A stretch of DNA of 64,000 nt from Phallusia mammillata. Taxonomy: Eukaryota. Below the pieces are notes generated by a model that was not told the origin of the DNA, ran no database searches, and was given only the letters and a program-made list of their open reading frames with translations. Both the position numbers and the translations under genes were made by a program. The stretch is taken from contig OZ281496.1 of NCBI GenBank assembly GCA_965637545.1, positions 28,706,001-28,770,000 on the forward strand. Direction: 5' to 3'. Positions 37,619-51,800 of this stretch are shown piece by piece. Numbering within the stretch: position 1 is the first letter of the stretch; each line of letters opens with the position of its first letter.

Positions 37619-39487
37619 ATACATACAAATATCATACAATGGGACTCATGGTAAAAGATAAAACATGTTCCGGTTGATGACCAAGCTAAAACACTGGGTA
37701 AACGAGAGATACTAAAAAGCGACTACAACATTTTTTCAGTGTGAACATCCCCAATCTTTACTGGACAAATTAGCAAGCATCAAAAGCGAAAGATGAAGAA
37801 CCTCTTTCCTAATACTAAAACATGAAATCAAGAGAAGAAACTGAGCGATCTGCAACATACAAAACCTCACTGTAAAAACTGAAGCAGAGATCATAAAATT
37901 AAGGTAACTGCAACATTCTAAATATCTCTTGATAGGTGTCATGCAATCAAAGAGCTGAATCAAAATGCAAAACCTTACTTATAACTTTAACTGGTGTCAC
38001 AAAACTAAATTAAGTACAACATGCAAAACTCTTTTTCAAAAACTTAAAATCCCCCCCCCCCCAAATCCACTTATGGGAGAGATCTAAAAAAAGGTTCAAA
38101 ATTCTACTTTGCAAAAATCCCAACTATTTATACCCAAAACGCCAAAGTGCAATGCGGTTCTTCGTACGCATTACGTCTCCACTTTTCAGCCACGCAAAAA
38201 ATTTACGGTTCAGGTAACAAGGCGTCGACTCCGCGCAAATAGACAATGGGGGCGTACAGGCGTCAGAATTCACTTTCCGCTCAACAGCCGCGGTTTTACG
38301 GCGATACACAGTGATAAATATCTCGAAATGGAACTAAATTATAAAATTATAAGGAACTGAAGTTAGGTAAAACATTTGTATATTCCATATGACTGATTCT
38401 GTTACTCGGCAAAATATTTTCCATTCTCAGTTATCTCTAAATGGGAATTATAAAACTATAGTTATAGATGTATCTGCCAGTGCAGGGACACATTGATCAC
38501 GTGTATAGTCTGTCACGTTATAGATTACGGTAATGTTAGTAGTTCCGTCCTGATATTCTCGACAACGATTAGCAATGTACCACTGACGATGCAACAACAT
38601 AAAAAAGATTTGTTAAAGTGAAGTTCATTACTAGGTTGCTAAATAAGACCACAAAAGGCGTGTATTAATGCCACGTTTCCACAATAGTTGACATTTGTGC
38701 AACGCATGTTTTAAAGGTTAAAAAAAACTATCATGTTCTCTGAACAACAAACAATCGCATTTACATACACTTCATGCTGTAAGCATATGTTTTGTGTGTG
38801 AAATCTAAGGGTCCATTTCTGAGACAAGGAGCTGTGCCAAATAAAAGCTCATATATGTGACTTTATAGTTATGCAGTAGCGCCTCTACCACCTATATGGC
38901 ATTTAAAAAAGGAAGTTTCCGGTTTGCACCGGCCAGTGTCTCCCTCCACAAACAAACACCACGTCTTGCAGCATCATCGATTGTTCTGCCGCCTAGTTAC
39001 GTTTGATTGACAGCCGGGGAATTTTGTGTACAAGGCGGATGTTCTCGGCGCAGTCGTGAATGCCCAGACGTGCGACGTACGTTGAAAAATGACATAGACT
39101 GAAGTAAACATGACCAGTTTTGTTACGCGACTCTTTCGGAAAGTTTGAGTAAAATTGACTTGATTCGGGCCTGGCTTTACACTAGGCCACAGTTGTGTCA
39201 TAATTTTACGTTGGTAAAACTAAATTTTGGGCCGATGTTTCAAAATAAACTCGATTGTGGGCGTATTCTTATGGGTTCGAATTTGCTTACAACTCAAAGT
39301 ACGGTAAAGTTGAAAAACAAACTTGAAAGCAACAGTCTGCATTCATAGCACCATAACTGCTCCCATAGGTTAGGAATATTTCTGCAAAATCGAAGGATTA
39401 TAACTTCCGGAGAGGGGGGACCCGTAAAGCAAGTGCTACCGATAAACACATGCAACACCGAGATTTTTTACACAGGTAGTTCTAGAA

Positions 39488-39837
39488 CAGTGGTTCCCAA
39501 CCTTTCGTGGACCGTGGCCCACTTAAAGTAACTTTTTGGCCTCGTGGCCCCCTTCAAGTTACCATGTTAGGACCTGTGGCCCCCTTAAAATGTAGATAGC
39601 AATCTCGCGTTGGAATGCGGTATTAATTTTGGCCTTAAACAGGTCTAATAAGAGTAAATGAGCTTGATAAAGCTCACTATAACCAAATAATATGTAAAAT
39701 AGTCGATTAATTTTGGGAATAAAGTTAAAGTGAAAATGTCTTTTAGTGGGTGTTTCTTGTGAATCTACGCCCGTGGCCCCCCGGAACACAGCTCGTGGCC
39801 CCCCTGGGGGGCCATGGGCCCTGGTTGGGAACCACTG
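39488..39837. mobile_element. hAT (Charlie-like) MITE
   Basis: 15-bp TIRs cagtggttcccaacc / ggttgggaaccactg; perfect palindromic 8-bp TSD ttctagaa; repeated internal gtggccc motifs. Confidence 0.92.
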
Positions 39838-42800
39838 TTCTAGAACATATCACAGGGGTAAGCAACATTTTAAGCGACGCGTGTCAATTTACTTGTTATT
39901 TCCATGTGGTAACGACTTCGCGTGCCAACATTTTTCTGATTAAATAGTGGTTTGTTCCAGCTGATATCAATAGTTAAACAGAAAGGCAAAATTTGTGCGT
40001 ATGGGCTGGATTTCAGGACTATTAAATGATAAACAACTGAAAACTGGCGACGTAACTGTTGCCGACCTCTGGCATAACGTGTTCAACAATGAAACATGTT
40101 ATGTGAGAACTACAAATGTTGGGTAAGCTCGGCATTCAAGCAGTCCATACCACTTAAATGTTAATGCTATAGTTCCATAGCTAAGTGGCAAAAAAGGGGA
40201 AAATTAAAGGTTTAACATGTTAATATGTATCCTAAAAAACATTACTAAATTTTTAGCATATATCTAACAAATCACAAAGCATGTTAAGAATGACACTTGC
40301 ATATGACTTTATAAATGCTATGCGATTGAAACATGACTACCAGAAAGCTTTTGTAAAGAATAAATACATGGGTTTAGGCGGTATATGCTTATGTGAGATT
40401 GGCAGAAATAAGTTCGCACGTCCTACTTCACAACCACGTCGAAACGACCAAATGCAAGTCATCAGATAAAGTGGGGCCCGAAGAAAAAAGCATTGAACTT
40501 TAGTGTGAACCATTATTACGGCTGGGCGCACAGCAAATGGTTAATGCACAATTTTTTGATCATTATGGTTGTGTCCATCGATGGTTTGCCTTGTAAGTTG
40601 GGCGTTTACCTGTCTGCAAATGAAGCACAAAGTTCCAAACACGTTTTGAACACATCAAGATTTCGTGCACAATACAATGGGTTATCACCACGGAAGGCAT
40701 TTCATATTGCGACGAAGTGTAGAAACGTTTTGTTACGGCAAGGTCACCTGTGTGTAGAAAAGGGAATCAAATGCAGTAAATGCAAACTGGGCTCAAATTA
40801 CCCAAAAGTTTGATTGTGCAACCGATATCCGTAATATTGAGAAATCGAAATAAACCATGCATCACTGGAGAGTAAACCCAAAATAATTATGGGAAACACT
40901 GAAAACTAACAATAGGTAGTTACAACGTTCTTTGATGCCCGTCGTGTTGACATCAAGCGCAGCGGACCGGTTAGTTATTTTTTCCAGAAAGAAAACATTG
41001 CAAATGAGAAGTGAAAAACGTTAATTAAAATAAAAAATGCCGGAAAACCAAAATATTAATATACGCTACAAAAACAATAGTATAACTCTATACGTAGACA
41101 ACTCAAACAATTAAGCTTATCAACTATTCGGTAAATAACAGGTGTTCAAACCTAAAGCCGGGACATTTGCACGCGATTTTAGTTTTGCACACAAAAAGTT
41201 GTCCAGAAAAACGTTGCACAGTCATGGAGCTGTTGAATAATAACAGTGAAAAACCGCTACCATAGTTGTTATGCCCTATTGAAACTGCCATCGCCCGTAC
41301 CCGGGAACAGTTTCGCTACAACAACTGACGAATTGAATTTTAATTACACGATCTGGAGTTAAATAGGAAATCAATGTGTTTTCGTAGTCACTATATAGGA
41401 CATTTCCAGTTTGATCAATACATGGACTTACTATTTTTTGAAAACTGATGTTAAAAAGTGCTCTGCTCTCTGTACAAACCAAGTTATACTTGGACGTTAA
41501 TGAGACTTGTATTTATCGCATACGTTGAAATCTAGTTTAACAACAGATTTGTGGAAATCAGTATATTCCAAGCGTTATGTAATAACCAACCCCTTTCATA
41601 AGTTTATCGAGGATGTAGACCACCAACAAAAGTAATTTCTTCAAGGCAACTTGAAAAACCTTGACATTAACGGACCTCTGGTATTATAGCATAGTTTCAA
41701 TTCTGTGGTTGAACGTTGTAGATAAGTGAAAACAAATAGCCAACAACGATCACTTGTGAATTATTCAAAGGCCTGATAAACGATCTGCCTCAGACGAGAG
41801 TTGCCCAAGAAGTAATCCTGTTGTTTTTGGCACGAACTATTTCCACCACATACCTTAGCACAACAAAGTAAACCAACAGTTTGTTCCAAGTTACCAAGCT
41901 ATACTTGCTAATATGCCGCAATGTCTTTCGAACAGTTACGTTCAAAAACACTAAACTTGATTCGATTAACAAATATTTTTACGATCAATGGAAACCAAAC
42001 GGGATTCAGGAGAGATACACAACTTTTGCCAAAGCAATTATATTTCTAAGCTGTGTTTCGGGGTTTGAAATGACAAATATCACGGCCCAAATAGACGTAA
42101 AAAGGCGACATGATTTATACGTTTTCGGCAAAGGCCATCATCACATCAGCCACATCAGTTACACCCGTTTATAACCACTTAAGACGCATAAAGGATTGAT
42201 AAGAGGTGCGAACGTTAATATATAATAAAAAGACAAGCACCTGAAAAAGGAGTTCAACCAAGGGTGTATGCGGTTGAGAAGAAAACAACACCTCTGCATT
42301 AGCTCGCAGATAATGCAATTACAAAGCTGACAGAGGCACTGGAGCGGGCTGTCCTGGGTTGTTGACACCTTTCGTCCATTGAATGCCGACAAAGATGTAG
42401 GAAACGGCTACACCGTGCTATACGCCAGCTTGGTCGCCGATTTACCACGAATTGTGACACGGTGCGGGAATACGGAAGCCGTTTTCCCGCAGGAGAAACC
42501 ATCGTGTCGAAAGAGAAAACAACACCTTTAGCATCCACCCTTTTTCTAGTTAGTGTTGCAAAACAACCTACTAGCGTGCAAAAAATTGCAGCGTTGTTAT
42601 AAAATGCGCAGTACCGAGATCATAGTGTTTAGCTGCTGCATTTGCATTCATTTTACGTCATAGGCTTTCAGCATTATTCCTTGAAGTTTCTTTACCAACC
42701 ATACAGCAATGTGCAACCAGCATGTTTCAAACGCGGTGGTTTCAACAAGAACATAAAACACGTACATACTTAGGCTGTAGTGGTCATTTCGAAAACAGTT

Positions 42801-45800
42801 ATAGCAGTATTTATGATATCAACAGAAGTGTTTGACTTCCAAGCATTTTTTTAAGGAATTGAATAACAGAAAAAGAATATATATGTAAAAGGTTGTAAAC
42901 ATGTGGGATTTGCAAATTGCATTAGAACATACCATGACCTTATAATGTGGAACGCTGAAAATATGCTAAAAGTCGATGGAACTGGCAGATGCGAACAAAT
43001 TACAGCGATCGGATTGCTAAGATTAGATTATACACCGTTTTGGGATCAAATTTCGGTCGCTTACGAACCCTGCAAGGTGCTGTGATATAACAACGCTCAG
43101 GCATGAATATTGTAACAGAAAAATCTTTCCGAAGATAACTTAACGATAATAGAGTGTTAATGATAAGTTACAGCATTACTCTTTTTTGTATTGCAAATTG
43201 TCAGCCTACAAACCACGTTATCAAGGCAAAAGCCAGACAAACTCTGCAAGGGACATAATAACACAGGAAAGACATGTATGTCTTACTGCCCTCTAGCGAA
43301 CACCAATTTTTAAAACACAATTTCGCTTGGAGCGCTTGTAAAACAACGGGCAAAGGATATGTATGCTTTGCGAAGACAAAATTATGTTTTGTGAAGGGAA
43401 CCTTACAACGTTATGAAGAATGCATATCTGTATGCAGAATGTAGAAGCAATGTTACTAATATGTTAGTAAAGTGTGCGTTTACATGTTTACACAAGTTTG
43501 ATTGTAAGTTAAGTAGATCATAATTTGTTTAATTTTTTTACCTGAGATGCATGCCAATCTAGATGCCAGTATGCTTGTTTGTTTTTGTTTCATCATCGCC
43601 ACATTTCTAAAAAATAAATAAAACTTTTGTTAAAGAAACAAAGCTCGGCACTGAAAACACCTTACATACAAGGTTTAGAACAAAAACAGTCTGAATTTAT
43701 ATAACTTAGTTTAAAACAAATAGGCAAAATAGGCATACGAAACAATGACAACATTAAAACTCGAAATAAACTGAAACCCAAGTATCAAAAGTTTGTGAAA
43801 ACAAGCCTTTGAACCAACGTACGAAATATATTTTGACATCAGAAAAGACATTTCACAAAAACCTTCAGCTAAGTTTTACGCATAGGAACAAAATTTGATG
43901 ATTTAGGACCTCATGCAGCGTCAAAGAGAACTACTGGATACGGTGAAGAATGAAAACAACAGCGCGAAAAATGAGATCAGCAGCCGTAAGTTTACCGCAA
44001 ATAAAAACCGCGACAAACAGGGGATTAGAGAATCGTGAGCTTTTGAAAACTACCGCCGCCGACCTGCGTACACTTAACCAGTAAAGGAGACGTTTTGTCC
44101 GCCTGACAGGTTGCACCAATTCCAAATTGACTCGTTGATGATGGATCAGGTTGCTTTGGACTCTTTTGGCAGTATAAATGTGGGTCAGGGTTCGATCAAG
44201 TTTCACGTAACTGTGGAAGAGGATATGCACTGAATGCAGTCAAACGCTATCGTTGTAATCGCCGTATTGTCCCCTCTTGCGCTTTTGGCTAAACAGCAAC
44301 AAATATTTTTAAGTAGGCGCAAGTTCACAGACAAGCAAAACAGCCAAGGACTGAACACGTTAACTCGAATGTACGGTTATAGTCAAAAGCTTAACGGTAT
44401 AGCTGTGGTACTTCGCAGGGCACTTAGAAATATAGTGCAGAATACAGTAAAGGTGTTTGCTATTCATAAATATCTTGAATGGTCATATCAGTTCCGAGAT
44501 GGCGTCCGTACATCATTAAACTAGTTCGTGAATAGGAGTATCCAGTTTAGGTGGTTAGATGTTAAGCAATATGACAAAAATGTAACACAATATCAATAAA
44601 AAACATATGACGTAAGTATAGATTTAACAGTTTCAAGTGTTGAAATAGAGTGCATCGCATGGACAGTTTTCTACACACAACAAAAGTTTTAAAACGCACT
44701 TTGTTGAAACTAAACCCACAGATTATGCCATTTTTCCACACCATAAGTGGCAGAGATTTTCGAAAGAAGGCCGCAATTTGACATTGTTGCAGCACAGTAG
44801 CAATGGAAAAAGAGCAGAGCAACAACAAAATGTACAAAGGTATCAAAAGTTGGCGCTTTGTTGAATTTAGTCTTGAGACGGTTACTAACAGGCAGTAGTT
44901 GATTTTTAAAGCTCGAACATGTCGGTATGCCATTTTACAACAGTTTTTGATAGACGAGAGTCATAAAACGATTCATAGTTAGACAACGATATAATAGTTG
45001 TCATAAAACTTTCGATCTAAATCGTATGTTGCCACTGACGAGTATCCCAGACAACGAGTGAAGTTTTCTATTAACTCGACACAGCTTGGCAACAAAAAAT
45101 GCTACCTCGGTTCCTATAACCTATGCGGTTGATGGATTATTTGGCTTGCAACAAGAAAACAGTGATCAGTGTAAGACACATGATAGTGCAAACTGTTGGA
45201 ATTACAAAACAGACGTAAGATTTATACGAAGCAAGCCATCGTGCTTACTGGTACATCAGATACCACTAGTTTACAAATAGCAAAACTGAAATTTTAGGCA
45301 GTTAGGCAAGACATATTTTACAGATTACTTTCAGTCTTTGAGCAAAGCAAATCACCATTGCAGTGGTCTGAAGTTAAAGGTAAAGAAATAAGACGTAAAA
45401 GCATTCACAAAGGTGCAAATGTCAGAGGTTGGTTAGGCAAAGAGTTATGTACGTTAGTTAGGAAATGGATCTACATACAAGTAAAAAATCCCCAAAAACG
45501 CAAAAATCGTCAATACGGAAACTGTTGGGAAATGATCAAACCGCAACTTAAAAGTTAAACAGCGGTCGGAAGGGGGCGTTTCCACTTGTGTAGTTCTGTT
45601 AATTGTTTTACAAAGTTTTTCGTAGCAACAAAACTAAAGATGCTAAACAAACTTTATTCGTAGTAGCAAACTGGGTACTAATGATACTCATCTTTTGGTG
45701 GGCGAATCATTAGAAAAATTACAAGTTCTTTAACTGCAACGAGTATTTTCTATAGCTTTACATCAGTTAGACGAAGAGTTTATCAAAAATTCAAAGTGTA

Positions 45801-45821
45801 GGTGAAGAGTAAACCTAAATC

Positions 45822-48800
45822 ATGACCACCGCGGGACCATCGGAAACAACAGGGTTGTTAACAACACGACAAACTCTTCTTCCAGAAGCAGGATTGGAAA
45901 CAGCCGATATTGCTGTGATTGCGGTGTACTTTGTGCTGATCTTAGCAGTTGGTTTGTGGGTAAGTTGTTTTGGTAAAGAGAGGAGAAAAAAGTTCACTTG
46001 TGATTTGATTAACTGTGGGCAAAATTTACGGGCTTGAATATGCATTGAAGATTGAGATAGAAAAAAACATTACTAAAAAGCATATCCATTTCAAGAAAGC
46101 TCGCTGGTTAAACAAGAAGCATTTATATATTTTTTAATTTAAAAAGTATGCTAACTAAATGCGTATTTAATATAGGTTTACAACAAAATATCTAAACAGT
46201 AAGCATTATGCACAAGTTTAACATTTCATATTGATGCTTTTACAAGGCCACTCGCAATATGTTTTGATTTGACTTTGTTACAAACACATATGACCTGTCG
46301 AGAGCAGTAAGCGAATCAGAACGTGCATTAAGTGTCGTAAGGCCAAGCGGAAAGCAGACAACGAGGTCTGTGCCCTTTCAGAATAACAACACGTTTGTAC
46401 CCATTCGACTTTTCTTAAATGGCAAAGCACAATTTTCGTGACGGGTTTACAAAGTCGTGAGGAACTTCCATAATTACGTGTGGCAAAAACTTGGTGCCTC
46501 ATGTGTTGCAAAGGCGGTGCAAGGTTGCGTACACTTATGTTGTAATTACCAAAGCAAAGCCTTGCCCAAAACATGTATGAGTGCATTTGCTGGTGCAAAA
46601 CGTAACGTTGTGTTTTACAGTGTTCTGTCACCGTAAGCATTTGCTGGTGCAAAACGTAACGTTGTGTTTTACAGTGTTCTGTCACCATAAGCAAAATAAT
46701 GTATGGCATAACTGTATAGATTAACAACATTATGTGAATATATCCGACTTATTCCGTCGTTTTGTTTGGTGAACAAATTTGAATGCAGAGTAAACGCAAA
46801 AAGATGTTTGCAAATAAACGACTTTTCACTCAGTCTTGAGCGTTTGTAACGTGTTGAAATGTACACCGCAAATGCGTTACAGCAGAACCTTATACCACAA
46901 AGTGATCCAAAGAAAATATCTTTGAAGAGAATTGAACAAAACCATTATCTTTCAGGCGATGTGCCGAACAGACAGGAGCAATGTAAGCGGATTTTTCCTC
47001 GCCGGAAGAAACATCACATGGTTTCCCGTTGGAGCTTCCCTCTTCAGCAGTAATATCGGAAGCGGACATTTTGTCGGTTTAGCTGGAACCGGAGCAGCTG
47101 CGGGAATAGCAGTTGGAGCATTCGAATGGAATGTAAGTGACTGGAAGGACCAAGTTGACAGATGATTTATTAAACTGAGATTTGGAACTACATAGCCAAT
47201 CTGTCACTTTATGAATATCCCAAATATCCCTTTTCATTGTGAATTTTTTAAAAGTACTGCTTACAAACTAGTGGATCTAAAGTGAGTTTTGCAATTATGT
47301 TGGGTTTGTCTAAAAAGGCAAAAAGGCATTTTTACTAACAGTACACGTTCTTTGGCCTTTTCCAGGTCATTGCTTGTAACACCATGGATATGCCACACAA
47401 GCTTTCAATATCAACACTATACAGAACTTTGCGAGCCCATTGGTTTTCAGCTTAAGCTATAACTCTAAAATTCATAAAAACTTTGTTATTAGGCGATGCT
47501 GACCCTTGTTCTGCTTGGTTGGATATTCGCTCCTGTTTACATTGCGGCTGGTGTCGTCACAATGCCCGAATACTTGCAAAAGCGATTTGGCGGACAAAGA
47601 ATACAAGTCTACCTCTCTGTTTTGTCCTTGTTACTTTACATCTTCACTAAAGTGTCGGTAAGTACAGTGCATCTGTGGCAATAACCGTAGCGTATAAAAA
47701 CACTTCTTGCGGCAAATTTTCGCGTTGTAAGAGAAGAATTGTAGTAATTTTGAACTGATTGAAATACATCCCATTTTGTGCCCTAAACCGGTAATGTTGG
47801 CCCATAGTAACAGCACCAGTGCAGTTTAAATAAAACTAGAAGGGTGGCTTAGCACATATTGCCCTTGCATATACACTATGACCTCCTATTTTGAAACATT
47901 GATATATTTCCTATGCTTATTTTATATTGGGTCCCATACCATCCACTGTCATTTATAACCTTAGTTGTTTCTGCAAGCAGAAACTCATGGGTCCCCACAC
48001 ATGCAAAGTTGTAGATAATGCATTTCAAGAGATAACCATGTGAAAGTTTAGTGTTGTAAGGTAAAACGCAGTGATCGGGACTGGGCCTAAATATTAATAC
48101 TATGTATAGTACAAACTATATAAATTTAGATTCACCCCAGGTATTGTTTGAAGTATGTCCTATTTAACGTTCTTTTTCAAAGAAACGAAGGAGTAAGTAG
48201 TGGCATAATGGGGTAAAACAAAAAATGAATAGCAAATTCTACAAGCTGTCCAATTTTCATTCAATTCGAACATTGTGAAAAGGGTTACACATTTTAGAGA
48301 TTAGTTGGTTAAGTTGTGGTGCTACAGGGCAAAACATAACATTTGAGGACTTAGTATGTTTAATAAACTTTGCAAATTTCATATAATTAGACGTTTTTTA
48401 AAAGTTCATTTATTTTAGGGGGCTAGTTAAGTAAATGTTGGGGCTACAAGGTAAAACACATCAATTGAAACCTACAAATAGCATAGTCCACATACTACCC
48501 AAATTTTATCCAATCCCGACACTGTTAAAAAAACTGACCCATTTTAGGGGGCTAGTAGGGTAACTAATGGGGTCCGACACACAAACTAAAAAAATATGAA
48601 ACCTCAATGACTCAATCAATAGTACTGCAAAATGTCAGCCCAATCCGCCAATGTTTAAAATTTCGACCACTAGAGGTGTTTTGAGCAACAACCGTTAATG
48701 TTTCTTACGTCACAGGGCTGTTAACAACCCCCTAACTGTCATGGCACAAAAATGTTCACCAAGCAATCCACAAAGTCACAAACGAGTAACATACAACTGC

Positions 48801-51800
48801 TTGCCCTTGTAACACTATTGAGCAACAGAAATCTTTCGTTTGTGGTGCCCAGTAACATACAAATACGTTTTACACTTTTGGGGCTTGTGGGGTAAATATT
48901 GGGGCTACAGGGTTGAACACACCAATCGACATCTATAAATGGCATACTCTATAAGCTATCCAAATTTCAGCCAATTCTGACACTGTTTACAAACTCAACC
49001 GGGGTAAATAGGGGCGTAGCAGGGTAAATACTAGGGTTATTTGGACAAACAAAGTGGGATGCACATCTACATAACTTTATCTACCATCTGTATAAGTTTC
49101 AGACACATCCATCAAACATTTGATGGAAAAACGAGCCGGACAAACTTTGGGAAGAAAATAACCCATTTTAGGGGGCTAGCGGGGTAAATACTTGGGTTAT
49201 CAACAAAAACAAAGTGGGATGCACATCTACATAACTATATCTACCATCTGTGTAAATTTCATCCAAATCCATCTAACATTTGATGGAAAAACGAGTCGGA
49301 CAAACTTTGGGAAGAAAATAACCCATTTTAGGGAGCTAGCAGGGTAAATACTGGGGTTATCAACAAAAACAAAGTGGGATGCACATCTACATAACTATAT
49401 CTACCATCTATGTAAATTTCATCCAAATCCATCTAACATTTGATGGAAAAACGAGTCGGACAAACTTTGGGGAGAAGAAAAAAAAGAAAAACAAACAATT
49501 TGAGTAAAATCAATATGTGTCCCCTTCAGGGAAGGGGACCCATAATAAAGTATAGTTATAAAAGGTTTAAGTGCAACATACAGCATTTGCATGACCAAAT
49601 CACCTTCATATTCTACAAAAATATTGCAAGAGGCTTTAACACCTTTTTTACAGGCGGATCTATTTGCCGGCGCCATCTTCATTCAAGAGGCGTTGGGGTG
49701 GAATCTATACGTGGCCATGATTATTCTTCTTGCTATAACGGCCCTGTACACAGTAACGGGAGGCTTGGCGGCGGTAATATACACTGACACTGCACAGACC
49801 TTCATCATGCTCGGAGGAGCGTTCGTGATGATGATCCTCGGTAAGTGAAGTTGACATTTGTTTACAAACAGTTGTTGATGTAAACTGGAAAAGCTGTTCT
49901 TTGCTTTAGGATATCAGACGAATATACACTAACGCTGGTTTGATTTCAAAGCTCCTTGTTTTCTGTGGGGATTTAGACAATTACAAACAAAGAACTAGTT
50001 CACTGGCGAAAGCTGTTCGGTGGTATAGGATTTTACAAGCAAGGCACTGGTGTACTGGCTGCTCTTTGGTACAGGATTTGAGACAAATACAAAACACTGC
50101 TTTCTTTTGACCCCATTTTGCTGTTTGCTCATAGTTCGTTATTCAATGCGGAAAATCAAACAGAAAATGTCCACCTATTGTTGACATTCATTTCAACCTC
50201 TATACCGCAAAGATATTTTACAGGCAGTTTCTATAGCAAGTTTAAACTTGCCCAACGTTCTTGCACTTTATTAAACCGGAGGTTTTTGTAGAGATAAAGC
50301 TGAGCTAACAATACTAAAAACGATTTGAAACCACCAGCAAATAAATTTTGACAGGACTTAGGTAAATACCAGGAAGCAAAATCCGGTTTCGATGTTGGTG
50401 TGATGTTCAAAACGTAAAGCGAAAATATAATCGTTGATTAAGGTTTGATTCCAGTACAATATCATGAAAGTAAAGATGTCAATGCTAGTCAGTAAGAACT
50501 TGAAAACTAGTAGAGTAGCCTACTACTTATAAAAACAGTGGGATTCTTATCCTGTGCTGATGGTAACAGCATTTGATACGTTAAGTATGGATCGGATATT
50601 GTGCGATGTTTCAAATTTGCCAAACACGTTGGGTCCTTATATTTGGGGGACTACGAGACCAACCACATCCAAAACCATTTTGAACCAAAGCAACGCCTAG
50701 TTTCTAACTGTGATATAAACAACAATTTAAACTTGTTTTACAGCATTTATCGATGTTGGAGGTTACGAGAACATGCAGAAGTTATACATGGAAGCAATTC
50801 CTTCAATTGTGCCAAACAACACACAATGTGGTGTACCACGAGCTGATTCGTTCAACGTACTTCGAGATCCAATTAACGGCGATCTCCCGTGGCCAGGACT
50901 TACATTTGGCCTCACTATACTCGCTGTATGGTACTGGTGTACAGACCAGGTTTGTTAGCACGATATTCACTGGTGCTCTTGGTTAAAGTAATTTTTTCTG
51001 AAGGTTTCTAACAGTGCAACAAACGCAATAGCTAACCAGTAAAGGGCAACTGCAAAACCACTTGACCGGTTAAACGTGAAAATGGCACATGTTAAACGGT
51101 TTAACACATATGACAGTGTGACCACCAATTTTGAACTGTAACTTCATTTAGCAACTTTGTGTGTGTGTTACAGGTGATTGTGCAAAGGACTTTGGCAGCG
51201 AAAAACCTCTCCCACGCGAAAGGCGGATGCGTTACCGCCGGGCTTCTAAAGATTCTTCCTATGTACATGATGGTTATGGTTGGAATGATCAGTCGTATAA
51301 AGTTCACTGGTAAGTAAAAGAAAATGATGGTGGCTACATTACTCGTGTTCAAACAAGAAATGCAAACACGCACAGGTTTTTTTAAGGTTTGGGTGACCGC
51401 TAAGTAGTTTTAAGAGACCGCAAGTGTTTCATTTAAATACCAAAAAATCGCCATATTTGCTTATTTCGGAAACCGCTGGAGAAATTTGGGGGACCGTTTT
51501 GGTCCCCCAAAACACCTTAAAAAAAACGCTGAACACGCATTCTAGTTAATATTCAGGAGAGTCGAAAGGAATTAAGAGGCAAAATAACCCAAAGTTTGGG
51601 AGAAAACTATAATACGAAGCCATAGGACACCATCTGCATAACTTGTGTAAAAGCAAGGAAGGGACGCAAAAACGCATTCTAGTTAAAGTCACTATTCCGG
51701 ATAATACTTTGGAAGGGAAAATATTTCGCTGTTTATAGGATAAAACTCTTACACCATTTGCAACACTGGGCTTTTTCCTAATATGAACAGGAAAACTGAA

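Noticed and set aside
41276-41482. Minus ORF containing FVSCC, resembling the receptors' SCCG/TCCG
   Set aside because: The other shared motifs and the phase 2-1 exon boundaries are missing.
42334-42531. 66-codon open frame (RHWSGLSWVVDTFRP..)
   Set aside because: No start codon, weak acceptor and no recognisable homology.
43285-43298. CTCF-like motifs (also near 48668 and 60192)
   Set aside because: Short motifs expected by chance in 64 kb; cannot be supported without ChIP or conservation data.
49015-49475. 160-bp repeat as a CRISPR array
   Set aside because: Contiguous tandem units with no unique spacers, inside a eukaryotic intron, and no cas genes.
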